From contig JBIKWF010000056.1 of assembly GCA_044356455.1 (NCBI GenBank), positions 1-27,543 on the forward strand: a stretch of DNA of 27,543 nucleotides, read 5' to 3'. Under the pieces are notes generated by a model. That model saw nothing but the letters and a program-made list of their open reading frames with translations, ran no database searches and was not told the origin of the DNA. Both the position numbers and the translations under genes were made by a program. Shown in pieces: positions 17,942 through 27,125 of this stretch. Origin of the DNA: Bdellovibrionota bacterium (lineage in GTDB: Bacteria; Bdellovibrionota_C; UBA2361; JBGSMV01). The number at the start of each line of letters is the position of its first letter. Within the stretch, counting starts at the first letter, position 1.

Positions 17942-18814
17942 ATGGAAATTGTGCCCCCTCATCGTCGGTGGACTTCTCAAGGAATTCCCCGGGGCCTCTA
18001 CTCGCAGTTTCGGAGTTGCCTCAGTGCTCTGCGTTTGGTTCTTGGATCGACCCGCACGTTGGTCTGGCATAACCGTGCGCTTAGAGGGATAGGTCGAGGT
18101 AGGCGTGCTTTCATACTCGCCACCGGACCAAGCATCAAAAATCAGAATCTGGAGCTTCTGGTAGGCGAGGATACTTACAGTGCGAGCAATTTTTATCTGC
18201 ACCCAGCTGCCGAGCGAATTGTGCCTAAGTTCCATTTTTTCGCCCCATTTCATCTCCCAATGGATTTAAATAATTATGTTGAATGGTTAAAGCAAGCGGA
18301 TCGCGCCTTGCCGCAAGGCACGAATATTTTTTTGGCGACAGCGACTCACCCCTTGGTCGAACGCGACGGGTTGTTTGAGGGTAGAGAGGTGCGCTACCTC
18401 TATCTCTCTGAATTCCCCTCGACCAGAAGAGTAAGTCTCGATGCTCCAGTTCTGGGGCCGCAAACAGTCCCATTGATGATTTTGCCGGTCCTCCTTTACA
18501 TGGAGTACGATGAGATTTATCTCATTGGGTGTGATCATACGGTCCTTCGTGACTACGGGAGACAGATAACAAATTTCTATCCAGCGTCCGAGGATATGAG
18601 AGTTGCAGGCTCTGCAGCACCGAGATGGGGGAACATTGAGTCGGAGATGCTCGCGGTACTAAATGCCTTTGCTCAGTACAGATTTTACTATTCGCTGCGA
18701 ACAAGAAGTAAGATTTATAATTTATCGGAGGACTCGTGGCTCGATGTGTTTCCAAGAAAGACTTTTAATGAGGTGCTTGGGGAGAAGCCTCTCGTATCGC
18801 AAGATGTTAAATGA
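17942..18814 (+). CDS. DUF115/Maf-like (MptE-like annotated) protein; putative nonulosonate transferase
   Basis: RAFILATGPSI and YDEIYLIGCDH motifs; directly upstream of neuB/neuA. ATG at 17942 preferred over GTG at 17822. Confidence 0.75.
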   Translation: MEIVPPHRRWTSQGIPRGLYSQFRSCLSALRLVLGSTRTLVWHNRALRGIGRGRRAFILATGPSIKNQNLELLVGEDTYSASNFYLHPAAERIVPKFHFFAPFHLPMDLNNYVEWLKQADRALPQGTNIFLATATHPLVERDGLFEGREVRYLYLSEFPSTRRVSLDAPVLGPQTVPLMILPVLLYMEYDEIYLIGCDHTVLRDYGRQITNFYPASEDMRVAGSAAPRWGNIESEMLAVLNAFAQYRFYYSLRTRSKIYNLSEDSWLDVFPRKTFNEVLGEKPLVSQDVK

Positions 18815-18860
18815 CGAATACGCGCCACTGGGGCACCAATTCTTCTAATTAGGTTTAGAC

Positions 18861-20786
18861 ATGGATCATCGGTCGATCTATATCGGCAATAGAGAAGTAG
18901 GGGATGGATTGCCCACTTTTGTGATTGCAGAGATTGGAATCAATCACTGTGGAGACATGCGGATTGCAAAGCAGTTGATCGATGCTGCACACTCTGCCGG
19001 AGTTGACGCGGTTAAATTTCAGAAGCGGGAGCTTGCGGAACTCTATACGACTCGGGTGATTAGTAATCCAGACGCTCGAGAGCATGCGCTGCAGTACATC
19101 ATTCCTGTTCTTGAGAAATGCGAGTTGAGTCCCACTCAGATTCTTGAGCTTAGAGACTATGCGGTGGCGCGGGGATTGTTTTTTCTATGCACTCCCTTTG
19201 ATATCACTAGTGCCTCATTCCTCGAGTCGATTGGCATCGTGGCCTTTAAGATCTCGTCTTCCGACTTACTTAATTTCCCATTGTTAGATGCAGTGATGGG
19301 GGCAGGGAAGCCGCTTATCCTTTCTACGGGGATGCATACGCTGGAAGAGGTGGCGCTCAGCGTTCGACATCTACGGCAACAACACGCTAGGTTCGTTCTG
19401 CTCCACTGCGTGTCGTCGTACCCTGTAAATCCACGTTATGCCAACCTCCCTCGTATCCAAGAGTTGAGTCAGCGTTTTGATGTGGTAGCCGGTTACTCTG
19501 GGCATGATTTGGGGATTGCCCTGTCTCTTGTAGCGCGAGCGCTCGGCGCAGCCGTGATTGAAAAGCATATAACTTTTGATCGAGGAGCGTCGGGCCCAGA
19601 CCATAGGTTCTCTCTATTACCAGAAGAGCTGACAGCACTCGTTGCAAGTATTCGAGACGTGGATGAAGGGTTAAAGACCGGGAGAGAGGGAGAAATTCTG
19701 CAGGGCGAGCAGTTAAACCGTTTTGTCTTCAAAAAATCGGTAGTGGCAAAAAAAGCTATTAAAGCTGGTGACATTATAGAAAGGGATGCTCTTGCAATTC
19801 GTGGTCCTGGAATCGGGCTGTCGCCTCATAGGTTAAACGAGCTCATTGGTAGACGGGCCATACGGGATGTCGGGAACGACGAAATGTTATTTGACGAGGA
19901 TCTAGGAGCTCCGCGAGAAAGCTATCGAATGAGTATGCCCTGCCCTGGCTGGGGTCTTGTAGTGCGGTATCATGACTTCGAAACCGCCTTGCCGCACGGC
20001 CCCGAATGTCTCGAATTCCATCTAACAACAGCCGATATGGAGATGGAATTGCCTTTTGCAAAACTGGACGCTTACGCGGCGGATTTGCGCGCGCTCGTTC
20101 TGCGGGTGCACTCCCCAGAGTATATAGGAAATAGATTGTTCGATCTTTTTTCCATTTATCCAGAGGTGTATTCGGCCTCCTTGGCGACGCTTCAGCGGGT
20201 GATTGATGTTACCTCCGAGCTTGGGAGTTACTTTAATGGTGAGTCCCCGATGATCGTTTTTAACTGCGGGGCCATGACTTTACAAGGGGAAGCTCGCGCA
20301 CTTCCTCTTGATGTCGGTCGATTTTACGCTGGAATTGCGAGTTTGAACCTTAAGGGAACGCGGCTTCTTGCCCAAAATATGCCGCCGTTTCCTTGGTACT
20401 TTGGCGGGCAGTGGCACGGGCACTATTTCCTTCGGGCGAGTGAGCTTATGGAGTTTTGCGAGCAAACGGGTGGAGGGATTTGCCTTGATATTTCGCACGC
20501 CTACATGGCGACGCGATTTCTGAAGGTTCCTTTGAAAAAGTACATCCAGGAGCTCCTTCCTTACGTGCATCACATCCATGTTTCAGATGCTCGATCGTTA
20601 TCAGGCGAAGGCGTGCAAATCGGGGAGGGAGAAGTTGATTTCAAGGAAATTGGGCCTTTAATTTTTGAGCGGCCCTTAAGGAGGCTGGCAACATGGGTGC
20701 CAGAAATATGGCAGGGCCATGTTAATTGTAATAGCGGTGCTTTGGCCGCGATTGCAGCTCTTGGGAAGTTGGGTATATGGGGTTAA
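18861..20786 (+). CDS. neuB: N-acetylneuraminate/nonulosonate synthase (NeuB + SAF) fused to a xylose-isomerase/AP-endonuclease-2-like TIM barrel
   Basis: FVIAEIGINHCGD, DAVKFQKR, TPFD, ILSTGM, LLHCVSSYP, GYSGH, IEKHIT, GPDH; SAF region KSVVAKKAIKAGD...RGPGIGL; C-terminal CLDISH, HIHVSDA, IGEGEVDF, PEIWQGH. Confidence 0.93.
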   Translation: MDHRSIYIGNREVGDGLPTFVIAEIGINHCGDMRIAKQLIDAAHSAGVDAVKFQKRELAELYTTRVISNPDAREHALQYIIPVLEKCELSPTQILELRDYAVARGLFFLCTPFDITSASFLESIGIVAFKISSSDLLNFPLLDAVMGAGKPLILSTGMHTLEEVALSVRHLRQQHARFVLLHCVSSYPVNPRYANLPRIQELSQRFDVVAGYSGHDLGIALSLVARALGAAVIEKHITFDRGASGPDHRFSLLPEELTALVASIRDVDEGLKTGREGEILQGEQLNRFVFKKSVVAKKAIKAGDIIERDALAIRGPGIGLSPHRLNELIGRRAIRDVGNDEMLFDEDLGAPRESYRMSMPCPGWGLVVRYHDFETALPHGPECLEFHLTTADMEMELPFAKLDAYAADLRALVLRVHSPEYIGNRLFDLFSIYPEVYSASLATLQRVIDVTSELGSYFNGESPMIVFNCGAMTLQGEARALPLDVGRFYAGIASLNLKGTRLLAQNMPPFPWYFGGQWHGHYFLRASELMEFCEQTGGGICLDISHAYMATRFLKVPLKKYIQELLPYVHHIHVSDARSLSGEGVQIGEGEVDFKEIGPLIFERPLRRLATWVPEIWQGHVNCNSGALAAIAALGKLGIWG

Positions 20787-21472
20787 CCAAAACTCGAGAA
20801 GTACTTGGATTCATTCCCGCTCGTGGCGGTTCGGTTAGGATTCCTTTCAAAAACCTAGTCGACCTGCATGGCAAATCTTTGCTGGAGCGCGCGGTTGAGC
20901 AGGCCCGACTGTCTTCTTTTCTCTCTAAAGTAATTGTCTCAACAGATAGTGACAGGGTGGCGGAGGTTGCCAAGCTTAGCGGAGCCGAGGTTATAATGCG
21001 TCCGGTGGAGCTTGCAGGCTCAGACAGCTCCACTGAAGAAGCAATGCTGCATGGGTTGGATCAGTTATTGCTCGCAGGTTATGAGCCCGATGCTGTTGCT
21101 CTATTGCAATGTACTTCGCCTTTTCGGACCGTAGCGCACATCAATCAAGCGATTGCCCTTCTTTTAGATACGGATTGTGACTGCGTTCTCTCCGTAACTG
21201 AAAATCAGCATTATTATCTATCTGGTCAAGTTGCGAACGGGCGCCGGTTTCTACCGGACTACACAGTCCGACCTATGAGTCAGCATATGCCGAAAAAATT
21301 TAAGGAAAATGGTTTAATCTACGTGACCAAAGTCAGCACACTTCGTGCGGGCAAGAGTAGGCTAGGCACTGATAATCGCGCACTTGTGTTGGATGCAGCA
21401 ACAGCAATGGACATCGATTGCCTCGAGGACCTTGAGGTGGCACGGCGCCTAGCACCGGCTTTCTTCGGATGA
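20777..21472 (+). CDS. neuA: Acylneuraminate cytidylyltransferase (CMP-nonulosonate synthetase)
   Basis: IPARGGSVRIPFKN, VSTD, LQCTSPFR, ENG.IY, DID motifs; overlaps neuB by 10 nt. Confidence 0.93.
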   Translation: MGLTKTREVLGFIPARGGSVRIPFKNLVDLHGKSLLERAVEQARLSSFLSKVIVSTDSDRVAEVAKLSGAEVIMRPVELAGSDSSTEEAMLHGLDQLLLAGYEPDAVALLQCTSPFRTVAHINQAIALLLDTDCDCVLSVTENQHYYLSGQVANGRRFLPDYTVRPMSQHMPKKFKENGLIYVTKVSTLRAGKSRLGTDNRALVLDAATAMDIDCLEDLEVARRLAPAFFG

Positions 21473-21520
21473 CCAAGTAGAATCAGCGAGAAGCCTCCCG
21501 GAGAAGTAAGGCCTCAGTGA

Positions 21521-22408
21521 CTAAGGGGATGCTTTTGACGCTATGGCAATTAGAGTATCAGTTTGGTCGATCTTGTTAAGGTGCTCAGCGTAGGCTCGCT
21601 CCAGATCCGGACTGCGCAAATGTGAAAGGATTAATTGGCCGCCAGGCTCGCCGGCGTTTAGCCAATGTAGGTGGTTTGCTAGCGGGTATCTTTGAAACCC
21701 TGTTATGAATATCTCGCTGAATCCTGCGCGAACGAGAAACTGCTCAAGGCTACTGCGAGTGTGAAGTATAAGGTGCTCGCTCCAAAGGGTAAAACGCTTG
21801 AAGCTCTCAAGATTGAAAGTGGAGAGCAGAACGTCACGAGCGTGTGGGACCTCAATAATAATTTTGCCGTCGGTAGTCAACGTGTCCCGTATCCTAACTA
21901 ACTCCGATAGGGGCTCAGCAAGGTGTTCAAAGACGTGGAACAGGCTTATAACTTGGAATTTTTTTCCGTTCAGCTGATCAATCTCGCTATAGACCTCGTG
22001 GCCTAAGGCATTCAGCAGTTGGCGCATCTCGGCTTGTGGCTCAATGCCATAGACATGAGGCGTTTCTTTTCGAAACAAATCAAGACATCCGCCTAGGCCG
22101 CACCCAACGTCGAGATAAGACTTCCCCCGAGCCAGTGCACCAAATTGCTCAAACCTTCGTTGATCGTCCTCGATAGTCTTTTTTAGCCCCTCTTCTCGAC
22201 TTCCGGCGCCCCAATAACTTGCCCCATCTCTGGAGCGATAGTAGTCGTGACTAAGATGGCCCGAACATTCAATAAATATAACACCTGACCGATTGCATCT
22301 TAGTACGCCGATGTCGTCGCGATCTCGTACTCGTGGGAAGTACGGCACAATTTGTCCTTCCGAGATGACACCTAAGTCACAAAGTTGCTCTCGAATACTA
22401 GCGGGCAT
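21521..22408 (-). CDS. Class I SAM-dependent methyltransferase
   Basis: LDVGCGLG, GIEP, LFHVFEHL and IIIEVP motifs. Confidence 0.9.
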   Translation of the reverse strand: MPASIREQLCDLGVISEGQIVPYFPRVRDRDDIGVLRCNRSGVIFIECSGHLSHDYYRSRDGASYWGAGSREEGLKKTIEDDQRRFEQFGALARGKSYLDVGCGLGGCLDLFRKETPHVYGIEPQAEMRQLLNALGHEVYSEIDQLNGKKFQVISLFHVFEHLAEPLSELVRIRDTLTTDGKIIIEVPHARDVLLSTFNLESFKRFTLWSEHLILHTRSSLEQFLVRAGFSEIFITGFQRYPLANHLHWLNAGEPGGQLILSHLRSPDLERAYAEHLNKIDQTDTLIAIASKASP

Positions 22409-22734
22409 TGGGTAAATCTAGCACGTTTGCAGTTAACGGGCACTCGGGAATCGTCGTAGTTTAAGCTGAGTGGATTCTGGACGCCAATACTGAGTCTCTG
22501 ACGATATTCGTTACTAACAATCACGAAGAGTTTCGCCAGATTTTTGGTTCTTGCTTGTGGGTGATACCCCGGTACTCTGAAAAATATCCATGTTCTCGGG
22601 TTTTGTGGCGGGTCCCTCCGATACGGAATCGCCCTTTCGGAGCACTCTACGTGTATGAGGGCGAGGCTGGTATTATTCGAGGAGCCTCAGTAACCCGATA
22701 TGAAAATGCACGCCTCAGAATGGAAAGCAGATTG

Positions 22735-23541
22735 TTAGATAGCGTTCGGTTGAGGGCGACTCCCACATAGTTCGTACGCATCGTTTTTGATAGCGAGGCG
22801 CCCGGTGTAGTCGATTCTGTTCAAGAATGGCATGAACCCCCTCTCGCTGAAGTATTCGTCAACAGCAGTACGCGCACCGGAATAGTGACCATAATCATCG
22901 ATGATTAATATCCCCCCGTTGGTAACTTGGGGGTACAGACAAGCAAGCTCGTGTTTAGTGGATTCATACCAGTCAGTATCGAGGCGGAGTATTGCTATTT
23001 CGCCTTGGGGTGCCTTGATGGGAAGAGTGTCTTTCACATCCCCTTGAATAAGAACTATTTTTTCCTTGGGATACCCCAGCGAGAAAACGTTAGCTCGTAC
23101 GTCCTCTATGTGTGCTATTGCCCATACATTATTTCCAGGAATTGGTGGGGAGTCTCGTAGTAGGTTCGAGGCGGATACGCCAAATAGATCTCGATCCTTG
23201 GTGGTCGGTGGAGTCATGCCTTGGAAGGTATCATATAGATAGATCGTTCGAGTCGTGTCGCCTAGTCGAAGTAGAGTAAGGATAATCGCCATAACGGTTC
23301 CGCCTCGCCAAACGCCACACTCAACGAACTCTCCCGGGATACGATTTCGCACTATGTACTCAACCGCAGACTGCGCGGCCGAGAGTCTCTCTAGGCTAGT
23401 CATTGTATATTGAGAGACTCTTTTGGCGACGACAACGTGAGCCTCTGGAATATCAGGCGGCGTTAAGTCCTTGACCAGGTGAAAGCCGAGCGAGTTGAGT
23501 CCCCAATTTGCTGCCCGTTTTGCCGAAGAGAGAAGCCCCAT
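22735..23541 (-). CDS. TylF/MycF/NovP-family sugar O-methyltransferase
   Basis: IPGEFVECGVWRGG, LYDTFQGM, LRLDTDWYEST, IIDDYG motifs. Confidence 0.93.
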   Translation of the reverse strand: MGLLSSAKRAANWGLNSLGFHLVKDLTPPDIPEAHVVVAKRVSQYTMTSLERLSAAQSAVEYIVRNRIPGEFVECGVWRGGTVMAIILTLLRLGDTTRTIYLYDTFQGMTPPTTKDRDLFGVSASNLLRDSPPIPGNNVWAIAHIEDVRANVFSLGYPKEKIVLIQGDVKDTLPIKAPQGEIAILRLDTDWYESTKHELACLYPQVTNGGILIIDDYGHYSGARTAVDEYFSERGFMPFLNRIDYTGRLAIKNDAYELCGSRPQPNAI

Positions 23542-23832
23542 AGAAAGCTGTCCTGCGAAGTGACAAGATGCGCATATCGGAATCCTATCCGAGGTGCGGA
23601 CTATATTTACAGTAATGAGTTTCCTCTAGTAACAGGAGTGCGGTAAAGAGGCGTTCTAACGAGATCTGAGCGCATATCTTTGGGCGATTGCCGATGAGGA
23701 GTGGTCCTGGGGGTCGGGCAGAGATCCAGGGACCTCTTCGGGGGTATTGAGTGCCTGCTGAGCTTGCGGACCCAGTAATTAAATGGATCCGATTGGCTGG
23801 AGTTTCAGATTGTTGGGGTTAGGTAAACCTTT

Positions 23833-24519
23833 ATGGGGCAAATCGGGCAGTGGCTTCGAAGAGCAGTAGGAGGGCGTAGGCTCGGCTCGTTGCAGGCGGA
23901 GCCGGTGAGTCGCTTATTCGGCTTCGACCGAGGAACCCCCATAGATCGTCACTATATTCGCGAGTTTCTAAGCCTCAATAGGGATGCCTTTCGTGGAACC
24001 GTCATGGAGGTGGGAGATGACCAGTATTCTCAGCTCTTTAAGACCCCCTCTATTCACAAGACAATAGTGGTGGGCGCGTCTTCGCCGACATTGTCGGAGC
24101 CGATGGTTGTCCCAGTAGATTTCGCTACGGGAGTTGGCCTCAGTGACGAAATGGCGGACTGCCTCATACTAACACAAGTATTGCCTTTTATTTATGATGT
24201 CCGATCGGCTCTAACCAATATTCACCGCTTGCTTCGTCCGGGAGGAGTTGTCTTATCGACGTTTGGTGGCATTTCCCAAATCAGTCGCTTCGATATGGAT
24301 CGCTGGGGGGACTATTGGCGATTTACCGACGCCTCAGCCAAGCGCCTATTCTCGGAGGTCTTTGACCCTTCAGACGTCGTAGTAAGTACCTATGGAAACG
24401 TTGCCAGTGCTAAGGCGTTTCTTGATGGGTTGAGCTCAGAGGAGCTTCCGCGAGAGCTCTTATCTGCGCACGACCCGGACTATCAGGTGACTATCTGTGT
24501 TCGAGCTGAGAAGCGATGA
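23833..24519 (+). CDS. SAM-dependent methyltransferase-domain protein
   Basis: FGFDRGTPIDRHYI, VMEVG, ILTQVL, LRPGG, DYWRFT motifs. Confidence 0.85.
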   Translation: MGQIGQWLRRAVGGRRLGSLQAEPVSRLFGFDRGTPIDRHYIREFLSLNRDAFRGTVMEVGDDQYSQLFKTPSIHKTIVVGASSPTLSEPMVVPVDFATGVGLSDEMADCLILTQVLPFIYDVRSALTNIHRLLRPGGVVLSTFGGISQISRFDMDRWGDYWRFTDASAKRLFSEVFDPSDVVVSTYGNVASAKAFLDGLSSEELPRELLSAHDPDYQVTICVRAEKR

Positions 24520-25526
24520 TTTCCTTTCGCCCTCTAACCTCATTGGTCCGGCGAGGCATGCGTCGACCCTCCGGAATTGTGCTTCTTTACCACCGCGTTC
24601 ACGAGTCGAGGCTAGACCCCCAGCTACTTGCTGTCGCCCCACAAGCATTTCGTGCACAGCTTGAAGCATTGGCCCGAGTATACGAGCCTGCCACCTTGGA
24701 GACGCTTTTGAGTGAAACACCCAGGCGCCGGCCCTGCTTCTCTGTGACATTCGACGATGGATATATCGATAATTTTACTATCGCCGCCCCCATAGCTCGT
24801 GAGGTTGGTGTGCCACTATCTATATTTGTCGCTACAGGAGCTGCGAATAATCCGGCACTTTTCTTTTGGGACTACTTGAAAGACCTTCTTCTTGGCGAAA
24901 AGGGTCTCATGGAATCAGATCTTTTTCGTATCAGAGAGCAGCTTCGAGCGGCCGGCGAGGTCTTGCCGATTCGTGGAGATGCATCGCAAGTTAGTCCACA
25001 CTGGAATGTCCTTGACAAGGGAGAGGAGGGACTGAGGGAGAGGTTGTATAGAGTTCTGTGTGCGAAGCTCGAAGCGCTCCCAGTGGATAAAAGGTTAGAA
25101 TTGGTATCTTCACTGGGGCAACAGAGGGGATGGCAATCGGAGTCCAGCTCTGCCTTGGTGAGCCTCGAAAACCTAGGCAATTTGTCAGTCGATATGGAAA
25201 TTGGGGCGCATTCGGTCGCTCATTCTAATCTTGCACGCGAATCTTTAGCTTTTCAGCGACAGGAAATATTTGAATCAAAGTTGCATCTCGAGCAGGCGAT
25301 TGGTAGGAGAGTTCGCTACTTCGCATACCCATTCGGAGGGGAATCCCATGTTTCCGCGGAAACTTTAGGTCTTACAGAGCAGGCGGGCTATCGGGCAGCC
25401 TTCATGAATGTGCCTGGCGCCATTAGTTCAGGCCAAAACCGATTCAAATTGCCCAGGCTGCTCGTTCGTAATGAGGATCCAAATGCGCTCCTTGCGCGCA
25501 TTAAGAGGTGGACATGGGGATTGTAG
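24516..25526 (+). CDS. Polysaccharide deacetylase (CE4/NodB-like)
   Basis: LLYHRV, VTFDDGY, IGAHSVAH, FAYPFG motifs; ATGA overlap with the upstream gene. Confidence 0.92.
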   Translation: MISFRPLTSLVRRGMRRPSGIVLLYHRVHESRLDPQLLAVAPQAFRAQLEALARVYEPATLETLLSETPRRRPCFSVTFDDGYIDNFTIAAPIAREVGVPLSIFVATGAANNPALFFWDYLKDLLLGEKGLMESDLFRIREQLRAAGEVLPIRGDASQVSPHWNVLDKGEEGLRERLYRVLCAKLEALPVDKRLELVSSLGQQRGWQSESSSALVSLENLGNLSVDMEIGAHSVAHSNLARESLAFQRQEIFESKLHLEQAIGRRVRYFAYPFGGESHVSAETLGLTEQAGYRAAFMNVPGAISSGQNRFKLPRLLVRNEDPNALLARIKRWTWGL

Positions 25527-26809
25527 ATTCTAGCGCCTCCGGCCGATTGCGAATCGGCGTGGTCAATACCTCCACGGGAGGGGGAGGGGCGGCACGAATT
25601 GCCGTTAGCCTTGCCAGCCAGCAACATCTTGAGGGGAATGAAGTAATAGTCTTTTCGCGTGACGGTGTCGGTCGCATCTCGGGTGGACGAGTTTCTCTAG
25701 CTTCGCCTCCTCCTAGAAGTGGACGTTTTAGCGAACTCATCCGCCTTGGCAAGAATCCGCGCGCACTTTTTGCCAAGTTTCGTGGGAACGAGGATTTCGA
25801 GTACCCGCTGATTCCAGCTGAAATAGGGAATTGGGGACCATTTGATTTGCTTCACTTGCATAATCTGCACGGAGGCTTCTTTGACCTTCGCCAGCTTCCT
25901 TACCTAAGCAGCCTGCAGCCGACTGTTATTACGCTTCATGATATGTGGCTCCTTACGGGACATTGCGCGCATAGCTTCTCGTGCTCACGTTGGCGAACGG
26001 GGTGCGGAAAGTGCCCTGACCTATCAATTTATCCGTCTCTCTGGAGGGATGGAACTAAGGAGAACTGGCAGAGGAAAAAAGAGATTGTTCGAAATTCAAG
26101 AATCCAAATTGTTACACCGAGTACTTGGCTTAGAGACCAGGCGAGAATGAGCCCCCTTTTTCACCATCTTAGAGAGCGAATTCGTGTAATTCCAAATGGT
26201 GTAGACCAGACAGAGTTCTTTCCTATGGAGAGATCTATAGCTCGCCGCGAAATCGGCTTGTCTGACGACTGCATTGTCATTGGGCTTGCCGCCGTTGGCA
26301 TAGTCCAGAATCCCTTTAAGGATTTTGCGACTGCCTGTGCTACCTTAGCGACTTTTGTCGGCAGACGTAAGCATAGAGGACAAAGGGTTATTGCCTTAGT
26401 ATTCGGCGCTGAAGAAAACGAACTTCCGAGGGGGCTTGGAGTTGAGTTTGTACCATGGGCAGAGAGGTCTAGTCGCCGTTATTTCTACGCATGTTGTAAT
26501 GCGTTTCTCCATGCCGCTAAGGCAGAGAACGCACCGTTAGTGGTACTTGAGGCGATCGCATCGAACCGCCCTGTTGTTGCCTCTGCCGTAGGCGGGATCC
26601 CTGAGATTCTGGGGAAATTTCCCAGACACGGGTATTTGACGCCTGCCGGGGATGTTGAAGCTATGGCTGCTGCTCTGGAGGAGGCGGTCTCTATCCCGGA
26701 TCTTATGCCTGTGGAGACCTTTGAGTTTAGCCTGTCGATGATGAGTCGCAGGTACCAAGAGCTTTACACGGAGATAGTGAATGCTTCTTCTACTGAAATC
26801 GATGACTGA
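25508..26809 (+). CDS. Glycosyltransferase family 4 (WcaC-like, GT-B)
   Basis: GGAA, LHLHNLHG, TLHDMWLLTGHC...C..W..GCGKCP, VIPNG, ENAPLVVLEA, VGGIPE. Confidence 0.9.
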   Translation: MDMGIVDSSASGRLRIGVVNTSTGGGGAARIAVSLASQQHLEGNEVIVFSRDGVGRISGGRVSLASPPPRSGRFSELIRLGKNPRALFAKFRGNEDFEYPLIPAEIGNWGPFDLLHLHNLHGGFFDLRQLPYLSSLQPTVITLHDMWLLTGHCAHSFSCSRWRTGCGKCPDLSIYPSLWRDGTKENWQRKKEIVRNSRIQIVTPSTWLRDQARMSPLFHHLRERIRVIPNGVDQTEFFPMERSIARREIGLSDDCIVIGLAAVGIVQNPFKDFATACATLATFVGRRKHRGQRVIALVFGAEENELPRGLGVEFVPWAERSSRRYFYACCNAFLHAAKAENAPLVVLEAIASNRPVVASAVGGIPEILGKFPRHGYLTPAGDVEAMAAALEEAVSIPDLMPVETFEFSLSMMSRRYQELYTEIVNASSTEIDD

Positions 26810-27125
26810 TTATTGTTTCCCGCTGAGGGCCGAATATGGCCGATGGATGGTTTTCGATTTGCGATTATTTGCCAATTTTGAATTGGGCACTCTTTGGGAG
26901 GCTATAAAATAGGCCTCAATACTCCAGTCTCCATTCTGACCCCAGGCGCGGCAAGTCGTGTCGCATCGGAAACGAGAGTTTGCCGAGAGGCTCTATCCAA
27001 ATGCGTATTCGTCCTCCCGCGCCCAGGTAGAGAGCGGGGGACGAATACACTCAAGCGAACGGATACAGGGTATAAACTTATCAGTCGACAAGGCTTAAGG
27101 GGAGTCTTGGATTCTTAGTGCGGAC

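Noticed and set aside
22555..22770. 71-aa plus-strand ORF
   Set aside because: Antisense to the flanking genes, no motifs or clear SD.
26894..27118. 74-aa ORF between convergent GT4 genes
   Set aside because: TTG start, no clear SD, no recognisable features.
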